From Bdellovibrionales bacterium (GTDB taxonomy: Bacteria; Bdellovibrionota; Bdellovibrionia; Bdellovibrionales; UBA1609), in contig DAHVQG010000004.1 in assembly GCA_027317865.1 (NCBI GenBank), positions 32,001 to 96,000 on the forward strand: DNA of 64,000 bases, written 5' to 3'. A program made the position numbers and the translations under genes. The notes under the pieces are model-generated. The model saw only the letters and a list, made by a program, of their open reading frames with translations, was not told the origin of the DNA and ran no database searches. Positions 50,402 through 58,088 of the stretch are shown here, in pieces. Position 1 is the first letter of the stretch. Each line of letters begins with the position of its first letter.

Positions 50402-52158
50402 TCTTCAGCATCCATCGGTTCAAATTCATCTTTGGGGAATTCATGTCTGTCAGACCTTGGGTTCACCAATGATCTTTCAATCTCAACCTTCTTTTGGCTT
50501 TCTAGCTCTTCAACAACGGACGCGACCTTCTCGGCGCTATCGGCAACCAGTATGTGGCTCTTGATTTCTGGCGAAAGCGAACTGTTCGCTATAAATTTAA
50601 GTAAATACGAGTAGTACTTTGAATTTTGAATCACGACGTACGGGGGCCGCTTCGAGTATTGAATCGCCACGAGCGTCGCCGCGAGCTCGCGCATGGTTCC
50701 GTTACCGCCGGGCTCAATAATTACTAAATCACGATTGTTTACTAGCAACGGTATCCGTGAATGGTAATCAAGCGTCGGAATCGTGTGCGATTGAACTTCG
50801 CTTCTTGTATCCGTCTCGTAAGGCAGCGCTCCACGACCGACGCGGGGTATTCCAATTGAAGGTCCACCCGCATCGTAGGCCCCCATGTTTGCCGCGTACA
50901 TAACTCCACCAGCACCTCCGGTAACCACCGGAATGCCGCGGCTCCCGAACCAATATGCCGTTTGATACGTGTCGGGGGCGACTTCTTCGTCTAAACGGCT
51001 CGACCCGAAAACAGCGGCACCGCGAACGCCAGAAAGAACTCTTACACCTGAACGAGTAACGTCCACGTGCTCAAGAAGAGCAATGATTTCACCAAGACTC
51101 ATATTATTTGGCGAAATGCTAAATGCTTTTAGATTAACTGGATCTTTTACGGCCGGGAAAACCGAATACCGTACTGATTCCAAAACGCGAGTGGCGTTGA
51201 CGATTGCAGATATCGAGTTTGTGATGCCAAGCCGCCGGTAGGATATTCCAAAACCCCTTTTTTCAGATTCCAGTAGACTCGACCAATCGTGAAGGCGATT
51301 TTTTGTATTACCGTCGAGGTCGAGAACAAATCCCGCATCATTATTGAGGAGTGCGGCCATCCCTAACGTCGAGTCCGGGCTTACAATTGCCGGCAAGGCA
51401 TGTGAAACGACTTCAAGAAATGAATACGAATTATTGAAATGTAAAACAATGCCAGGACGGCCTCTTTCATTTCTTGCCCCGGCTTCGGGTAACATTGAAA
51501 TTCCGATGCCGCAGGGACCCGCCGCTCGAGCAATTATTTCCGCCGCTTTGTTGTCGGCATCGTAGATAATTGTATAGTTTTTTGCCACGAGCTGAGCGAC
51601 AAGCCGTTCGTACTTCGTGGCTTCGGTGTCTGTTGGCGCACGATCGGACGAACCAACGAGAACCGAAACCAGTTTCGAGCGCGGCAACCTGTACACTTCT
51701 AATATTTGTTTGTAGTCTTCAAAAAATCCTCTATCTTCGGGTACAGCCAACCGCTCTTTTAGAACCGGGATCAACGACAACCGGTTTTTTTCTTTTAATT
51801 CTTCGATCAACCCCTCGAGTTTTTTTATTTTAAATTTGAGGTCAGCTATCTTCTTTTTGACTTCCGCGCGTTTTTCCGGTGAACGGGCTGCTGGTGATTT
51901 TTCGGCGTATTCGAGGTAAAAACCCCAAAAATCGCTTGCATCACTTGACTCAAGTTTGTTTTTTAATGACCTAATCTCGCGTTCCATTTCGCGAAGTTTT
52001 TCTATTGCTTCGACGAGTTGCGGGCTGCGGTATTCGGCAAGTTTAAAGGCCTGGGCTTTTTCACCTTTTAAGACACGGTCGCAAGGCTGCCCGTAGGCGC
52101 TAGAAATCGCGAAGGTTGAAACCACAAAAGCGCATAAAAACAAGCGGCGCGAAATCAT
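50398..52158 (-). CDS. Exported tandem LOG/SLOG nucleotide phosphoribohydrolase
   Basis: AAVFGSS, VTGGAGGVM, SIGI, SRIPLL, PGGNGTMREL; preceding degenerate LOG copy; N-terminus SRRLFL...AYG. Confidence 0.82.
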   Translation of the reverse strand: MISRRLFLCAFVVSTFAISSAYGQPCDRVLKGEKAQAFKLAEYRSPQLVEAIEKLREMEREIRSLKNKLESSDASDFWGFYLEYAEKSPAARSPEKRAEVKKKIADLKFKIKKLEGLIEELKEKNRLSLIPVLKERLAVPEDRGFFEDYKQILEVYRLPRSKLVSVLVGSSDRAPTDTEATKYERLVAQLVAKNYTIIYDADNKAAEIIARAAGPCGIGISMLPEAGARNERGRPGIVLHFNNSYSFLEVVSHALPAIVSPDSTLGMAALLNNDAGFVLDLDGNTKNRLHDWSSLLESEKRGFGISYRRLGITNSISAIVNATRVLESVRYSVFPAVKDPVNLKAFSISPNNMSLGEIIALLEHVDVTRSGVRVLSGVRGAAVFGSSRLDEEVAPDTYQTAYWFGSRGIPVVTGGAGGVMYAANMGAYDAGGPSIGIPRVGRGALPYETDTRSEVQSHTIPTLDYHSRIPLLVNNRDLVIIEPGGNGTMRELAATLVAIQYSKRPPYVVIQNSKYYSYLLKFIANSSLSPEIKSHILVADSAEKVASVVEELESQKKVEIERSLVNPRSDRHEFPKDEFEPMDAEE

Positions 52159-53597
52159 TGAGAACCTTTCAGTATCGCCTGACAGTCGCCAGCGGATTTA
52201 TCATGTGGTTTAACAATAAGATCTTCGACAGCACGGCCGAGTTCCTCACCGATCGGGACAATGACGAGTTTGGAATTCTGTTTTACGACCGCATTTGATA
52301 CGGGATACGAATCCGTCACAACCAGTTGATCAATAGATGCACTATTGAGCGCTTTACCGCCGTCGCCCGCGAGGTGTGTAACGACCGCAATAACTTTAGT
52401 CGCCCCTGCTTTCTTCAAATAATCAGCCACGTCCGCTAATGTGCCCCCGGTTGACGTTTCATCGTCTACAATAGCGACAACTTTGCCCGCCGGGCTCGGT
52501 CCGCTGAATCCGTAAAATTTTGTTTGAGCAGTGAGTGGATCGCGCTGTTTATTGGCGACAGCAACAGGCAACTTCAGCATGTCCGCATAAAGCGTGGCAT
52601 CTTTTTGAAATCCCGTATCCGGTGAAACAATCATTTCAACATCGGCATTTCGCAAGTACGCGCACAATGTATTAAGGCCCAAAACATTAAAGCTCGGAAT
52701 ATCAAAAAAGCCCTGTGATTGCGGAGCGTGTGCCCGAGCAAATTCGATAGCCTCTGTGCCAACACTTTCAATTAAGTCGGCAATCAGACGGCCAATCACC
52801 GTTACACCTTTTTGATCCGCCTTATCCGATCGCGCCCACGGCAACGGCGTTACCCACGTTACGGCGGCTCCATCTCTTGTCATCTGCGCAACTCGCGCCA
52901 AGGCGGCAAAAAAGGTTTCACTTTTGGGGATTACGACTGGCCTCACAAAAATTATTTGCGCGCCCTTTACCGCTCCTCTCGGGAGAGAACCTGGATTATA
53001 AACCGGCAAATTCAGAACACGCCCCATATCGCGAGCAATCGAATCGTGGGAGTCTTGAAGAATAAAACTGTGTGTCAGATGATGCCTGCCGGGCCAAACA
53101 CGACGGATTCTAATGGTTCGCGGATGGTTCCCGTTTTCAACAAACTTGGTCGCACCCGCTATGCCGATAAGCGATTCCACCGGTAAGGCAAGCGAACCGT
53201 TTGCGGTCGTGACCCGTATTTTTGAAATCGAAGTATTAAGAAAAGCAACAATCTCTCGTGCACCGAGCGTTCTTGCCGTTCGAATCTTAATCAAAGCCTC
53301 CATAAACATTTGGGGCGTCATTTCATCTGGAATCAAAATCCCGACTCGTTTGCCAGTAAGATTGGTCTGCACGCGCACGAAAGTGTCGCCGTTAGAAAAC
53401 TCTTGAGTTTTTTCTTCAATCATCCGGCAGCCAGGGTGTGACGTGCAGAATCGATTAGCAGCTTCTGAAAAATTACGTACAGAGAATAGTAATACGCTTC
53501 GATTGCGGGCGCTGGCGTAACCCGAGCCGACGAGCATAAGGGTCGTCATGCTCAAAAATGCAATTTTATTTAAACCCAACCCTTTCATCGTCCTCAC
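52155..53597 (-). CDS. Exported ribose-phosphate pyrophosphokinase (PRPP synthetase)-like protein with duplicated N-domain
   Basis: FSNGD, PWARSDK, HAPQSQGFFDIP, VSPDTG, KQR, IVDDETSTGGTL; signal peptide ...YASA; C-terminal DCQAIL. Confidence 0.88.
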   Translation of the reverse strand: MRTMKGLGLNKIAFLSMTTLMLVGSGYASARNRSVLLFSVRNFSEAANRFCTSHPGCRMIEEKTQEFSNGDTFVRVQTNLTGKRVGILIPDEMTPQMFMEALIKIRTARTLGAREIVAFLNTSISKIRVTTANGSLALPVESLIGIAGATKFVENGNHPRTIRIRRVWPGRHHLTHSFILQDSHDSIARDMGRVLNLPVYNPGSLPRGAVKGAQIIFVRPVVIPKSETFFAALARVAQMTRDGAAVTWVTPLPWARSDKADQKGVTVIGRLIADLIESVGTEAIEFARAHAPQSQGFFDIPSFNVLGLNTLCAYLRNADVEMIVSPDTGFQKDATLYADMLKLPVAVANKQRDPLTAQTKFYGFSGPSPAGKVVAIVDDETSTGGTLADVADYLKKAGATKVIAVVTHLAGDGGKALNSASIDQLVVTDSYPVSNAVVKQNSKLVIVPIGEELGRAVEDLIVKPHDKSAGDCQAILKGSQ

Positions 53598-55198
53598 CCT
53601 GCAGGTTTCAAAACGTCACTACACGTGGCTTCTAACATTTTACTTAACCGCTCATATGCCTTCGATCCGAGCGGACCGGATTTATGTTCGTTATTTAAAA
53701 AATATTCCCTCTTTGAGTTCCAAACTTCTTCGAAGGTGCGGCTGTTATGGTAGAGATGCGCCAAGCCGCTTTCAAATTTCTCACGCTCGCTCACGGCCGC
53801 GCCATTAACCGTGTCTTCACTTGCAATTGGATAGTTCGCAAGTAAACGCTTGATTAGGCGGCGAAGATCGCGCGCGCTAATTTTGCCATTTTCAAATGCA
53901 TGTACCGAACCCGCTAAAAACATGAGCGCAATTTGACCCGAATTTTTGTCAGTGCGGCCGTAAACATCCGATTTCATAAGAGACAAAATCTTCATTCCGT
54001 TTTCAGTCATCGGTTCGGCATCTTCACCAACAGGGCCAAGCTCTGAAATTATATCTTTGAACGATCTCTGCGCTTCAGCTATACGCTGTTCGGCAATTTC
54101 GTCGGCCGTTAGCATTCGAATGTCCGTTCGTTCGCGCGCGCGCCCCTCTGGGAACTCATACCCCAGTTCTCTAGCCGCTTTTTGCACTTCACTATAAAAC
54201 TCTTTTGTCGAAACAATTCCTATGATGTCGTACAGACCACCTAAAATTGTTTGGCGTATTTCAACGCTGGACAGACCTCCAGGTGGAGCGAAAACGCGCC
54301 CGTCTTGCATGCGCTGAAGTTGAAGGAATGGGCCGTGCCACTCTGAGCTGTAAGCAAGTTGGGCGCCATCGATTTTCAAAATTCGATCAGGACCGGTTGG
54401 CTGAGCATTCGATGTTTTAATGTACTTTTCGATTTTTTTTACAGTTTCATAATTTTGCGATCCAATTATCGGGTAGTTCGAATTTTTTATGTCAATGACA
54501 TTGACCTTCATCAAAAGGTTCGTGAGCGGCTTTTGTGTGCCTTGGTACACACTATAAAACGCACCAATATATTGGCGGCTTTGGCTCGTAGGGCTGTAAC
54601 TGGTCGCATCGATAATAATAAACGGCGGGTCTTGATCCACAGACTGCAGATGAAGTCCGTTAGTCGCCAAAAAATCGACCAAAATATCGGGCGTGCTGCC
54701 AACCAAAGATTGCCCGCTTGCATTGAGCCGCACGACGCGATGGTTTTGCCCGTGAGCTCGGTAAAAAGCGTCGACCATATCGGCAATCAATGCGGAGTCG
54801 CGACCCAAAAACGCATACGTTCCGCCCGGGTAGGCCGCTTCAAGACTAGCAATAATTTTTGGCCCGTCAGCCTTGGTTACAGCCACGGCTTGCGAACGTT
54901 CACCGGCATTTCTAAAGGGATTTTTTCTTGGCCACGGCGTTAACGCATTTTCGATTTCGGCAATGGTCGGGCGAGATTGCATGTTAAGCAATTCATTGAT
55001 TTTTTCATCACGAGCCTTTTTAGCTAATTGCTCCTGAACTTGCGGTTCGCCCCCATCGCTCAAATTAGTTGTCGTTATAGTCCCAAAGGCTCCGTGCCAG
55101 GACGTCCGGCTATTCGCCGCACGAACCTTCGCCGACACCGAAGCTGCTACAATTAAACCGGCGATCAACATTGATAACGCCTTACCCATTTTCCCCAC
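53594..55198 (-). CDS. Exported PRTase-like 'GRD' family protein, paralog 1
   Basis: Signal peptide ...SVSA; YPGGTYAFLGRDS, RVVRLNAS, PFIIID, LGYEFP; C-terminal TCSDVL. Confidence 0.6.
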   Translation of the reverse strand: MGKMGKALSMLIAGLIVAASVSAKVRAANSRTSWHGAFGTITTTNLSDGGEPQVQEQLAKKARDEKINELLNMQSRPTIAEIENALTPWPRKNPFRNAGERSQAVAVTKADGPKIIASLEAAYPGGTYAFLGRDSALIADMVDAFYRAHGQNHRVVRLNASGQSLVGSTPDILVDFLATNGLHLQSVDQDPPFIIIDATSYSPTSQSRQYIGAFYSVYQGTQKPLTNLLMKVNVIDIKNSNYPIIGSQNYETVKKIEKYIKTSNAQPTGPDRILKIDGAQLAYSSEWHGPFLQLQRMQDGRVFAPPGGLSSVEIRQTILGGLYDIIGIVSTKEFYSEVQKAARELGYEFPEGRARERTDIRMLTADEIAEQRIAEAQRSFKDIISELGPVGEDAEPMTENGMKILSLMKSDVYGRTDKNSGQIALMFLAGSVHAFENGKISARDLRRLIKRLLANYPIASEDTVNGAAVSEREKFESGLAHLYHNSRTFEEVWNSKREYFLNNEHKSGPLGSKAYERLSKMLEATCSDVLKPAG

Positions 55199-55201
55199 TG
55201 G

Positions 55202-57613
55202 TTATTCCCTCAACCTTTCAGTTTTAACGCTTTTCGCGCCGTTATCTAAATATTTCGTATTTATATCACTTAACGCATTTCGAATGTCGTCCGCCGAATT
55301 CACCAAATATATCCTCGACAAAACCGATGCTGGTAACTTCGATTCTTTAAGATAGTTGGCAAGCGATCCGTAGAAATCGTTGGCCACAAAAATGATGCTT
55401 TGGCTCTTATTGAGGCCCGATGCGAAATTGACAAAAGCTGTCGCCAGTTCTTGAAGCGTCCCCTTACCGCCCGGCATGACCACGACAACGTTGTTCATAT
55501 AGAGCAACAACGGGATACGCGTTCGATAGTCAGTCGTTGATAAGGTCAGATTATGGACATCTGTCGCTGCCGATTTTTCACGCCATAGACTGCCACTCTC
55601 AAGCGGAATACCGATCGAAATGCCACCCGAGTTTATGGCGGCATCGTTGGCAATTCTCATAAACCCGTCCGCTCCACCAGTCGCAATGGCCAAACCGCTT
55701 TGCGCGATGGTTTTCGAGATGCTGTAAACCATCGAATCATATTTTGACTCTCGGGTACTTGAACCGAAAACGACCGCGCCCCCGGGAGTTTTTTGGCGTA
55801 ACGCCTGAACGGCTTCGGTCATTTCACGCTGATAATTCGAAATTTGTGAAAGTTGGTGGCGATCTAATTTCGCGATAAATTGGCCGTCATTTAATCGAAC
55901 CGGTTCCGTTTCTGCGAAGACAATTCCCGGCGTATCGCTATATTTTTCATAATCACTATATTTGCTATATTTTGATTTTTTACCGCGAAGACTTTCAATC
56001 GCTTCGTTGTTTGTTTTAAATTTTTGGATGCTAAGAAAGTGGTAATTGTCTCGAATCCCAAACGAGTAACCGTCAATGTTGTCAGTCCATTTGCGTAAGC
56101 CACCTAAGATGGGAAAATCAGAATTGTTGATAGTGCCGTCAATGTCCTTTTGAAGAAGCAATCCAAACCCGGTGACCGAGTCAGCCGTCATGATTCGATT
56201 GTTCGAATATGCAAACGCCTTCATTCTTAGGTACGGATTGGGTATCGATAAAATCTGGCTATTGTGGAGCATTGTTTCCGAACCGGCGGTCACTTCGCTC
56301 GTAATACCGACTCCACGGTCACCGACGGCTTCTGCGATAAGCGGCGCTGTCGGCACGTCGGCATCAAAAAAAACTATATAACCGTTCTTCGCCGCCGATC
56401 GAGCCAGCTCCACCGCTTCATTGGCATCGGCGTTGTTTGCGGCGCCCGTCAGAAGTGTCAGAGTTTTTGAAGTTCCGTCGCAGATAGCTTGCACCCAACG
56501 ATAATTCAGCATTTCACGGAGGTAGCCGCTATTTGCGTTTTCTTGTTTCAGTGCCGATATAAAATTGGCTTGAAGTTCGGCCGTCTGCTTTAACTCTCGT
56601 TCACGTTCCGCAATAAGCCGTTTTCGCTCGTTTTCTCTTTGTTTGGCGGCTATCTCTTCGTAATTTTCTTGAAGTTCGCTCAATGCGACTCCCTTCGGAT
56701 AATCGCTCTCTTTTAGAAATTTGAAATTCCAGTCAGCGGTACGCACGAGACGCGGCTTACCGTCATCGTCGAAAAATGAAACCACGTAGTCAGAGTTAAT
56801 TAATGAATCCCTTGCCCGGCCATAAACCAATGCGATCCGTTTCGACTTCGTCTTTATGCCTGAAACGGATGAGCCCGTAACCGGATCACGAAAGAACGAA
56901 TTTGAACTCAATACAGCAGCAGCCACTGCATGTTCCGGCTTTAATCCCTCGGTTTTGCGAATCACGGTGTTGATTGCCAACAACTCCTTCGTCGGAGATT
57001 CAACTTTTGTCGACGGAATCGGCACTTCCGCGGCAGCTAGCGATTCTGTTTTATTTTCTAAAGCATTGAGTTTCGGCGATTCTCGTCGTAACAATACCGA
57101 CGCCGCGACCAACGTCGAGTGGCCTTTGATTCGTGAAAATTCCGTTCCGTGTCTTTTAAAAGCAGAATCGTTGTAAAACTCTAATTCTTCTGGTTCAACC
57201 CAAGCGATTCGACGGCCATGAGTTGTCCATCCAGAAATTGCGACGGATGTTCCGCCTAACTTAAAATCATTGTTTTTAACCCCATAGACATAAATATCGT
57301 TCAACGGCGAAAGCACGACGTTACCGCTTAAGGCAATTGGCGAGGTCAATTTGGCGAGAGCGATCGGTTTCGTTTCGGCACTAACCTCAGCTATGTCCGT
57401 TGTGAGTGCTTTGATCGCTTTTTTAAAAGTCGGCTCTGTGGTATTTGTCCCACGCAGAATCAATTCGCAAACTGTAGACTTCTTTTCACTTTTCCCATTT
57501 TTCTTTGTGGCCGCGTGGGCCGAATTAAAGCTGAACAATATCAACAATGAAACAAGCAAAAGGGCTTGAGAATTACAGTCGTGAGACTTGAGCTTTAATG
57601 GCGCCCCCTTCAT
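55202..57613 (-). CDS. Exported tandem LOG/SLOG protein with extra N-terminal region
   Basis: Signal peptide ...SAHA; AVVFGSS, ATGGADGFM, SIGI, TRIPLL, PGGKGTLQEL; degenerate first LOG copy; RBS-like AAGGTGAGGGG upstream. Confidence 0.82.
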   Translation of the reverse strand: MKGAPLKLKSHDCNSQALLLVSLLILFSFNSAHAATKKNGKSEKKSTVCELILRGTNTTEPTFKKAIKALTTDIAEVSAETKPIALAKLTSPIALSGNVVLSPLNDIYVYGVKNNDFKLGGTSVAISGWTTHGRRIAWVEPEELEFYNDSAFKRHGTEFSRIKGHSTLVAASVLLRRESPKLNALENKTESLAAAEVPIPSTKVESPTKELLAINTVIRKTEGLKPEHAVAAAVLSSNSFFRDPVTGSSVSGIKTKSKRIALVYGRARDSLINSDYVVSFFDDDGKPRLVRTADWNFKFLKESDYPKGVALSELQENYEEIAAKQRENERKRLIAERERELKQTAELQANFISALKQENANSGYLREMLNYRWVQAICDGTSKTLTLLTGAANNADANEAVELARSAAKNGYIVFFDADVPTAPLIAEAVGDRGVGITSEVTAGSETMLHNSQILSIPNPYLRMKAFAYSNNRIMTADSVTGFGLLLQKDIDGTINNSDFPILGGLRKWTDNIDGYSFGIRDNYHFLSIQKFKTNNEAIESLRGKKSKYSKYSDYEKYSDTPGIVFAETEPVRLNDGQFIAKLDRHQLSQISNYQREMTEAVQALRQKTPGGAVVFGSSTRESKYDSMVYSISKTIAQSGLAIATGGADGFMRIANDAAINSGGISIGIPLESGSLWREKSAATDVHNLTLSTTDYRTRIPLLLYMNNVVVVMPGGKGTLQELATAFVNFASGLNKSQSIIFVANDFYGSLANYLKESKLPASVLSRIYLVNSADDIRNALSDINTKYLDNGAKSVKTERLRE

Positions 57614-57986
57614 TGCCGACCCCTCACCTTCTTTGGAAGCTGTCGACTTACACGAAATGTCAAAATTTGGTCAAGAATTCAAAACATGAAGCGGTAATAC
57701 CGTAAAAAACTTTCTCAAATTTATGAAATTAATACGGTGATGTTGAACTTTAATCGGAATTGTTCTAGCTGCGGCGAACTTGACTGGATTTTGATATTTT
57801 TGCGCAAAATGAAAAACTGCTTTTAATATCTCATCTGCAACTGCTATGTCTGTTTGACAGTGGTAAGACATCGTCGCCGCCGCGGATTAACAGATTGATT
57901 GCAACCCGGCGGCGATTTTTTCGCAAATTCGCGCCCTACCCCAAAAAATAACAAGCCAGAAAAGACCCAATAGGGGTTTGTTGGTT
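57614..57986 (-). promoter_or_regulatory. AT-rich intergenic region, probable promoter of the nine-gene operon
   Basis: Non-coding and AT-rich; 12-bp palindrome ttttgcgcaaaa at 57798-57809; inverted repeat tcgccgccg/cggcggcga at 57874-57915. Confidence 0.45.
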
Positions 57987-58063
57987 TGGCGTCCCCGGCA
58001 AGAATTGAACTTGCGGCCTGCAGTTTAGGAAACTGCTGCTCTATCCGGCTGAGCTACGGGGAC
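57987..58063 (-). tRNA. tRNA-Arg (anticodon CCT)
   Basis: GTCCCCGTAGCTCAGCCGGATAGAGCAGCAGTTTCCTAAACTGCAGGCCGCAAGTTCAATTCTTGCCGGGGACGCCA folds as a cloverleaf, anticodon CCT, encoded CCA. Confidence 0.96.
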
Positions 58064-58088
58064 AAACTCATAGACTCGTCAATGCCGT

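Noticed and set aside
39793-57613. Anti-phage defence island (SLOG/NTase/AAA, Thoeris- or CBASS-like)
   Set aside because: All proteins carry export signals and no TIR, SIR2, CD-NTase effector or other defence hallmarks were recognised; not fully excluded.
57874-57921. Intrinsic terminator (9-bp stem plus T run)
   Set aside because: The 24-nt loop is too long and the T tract is on the plus strand, where no gene ends.
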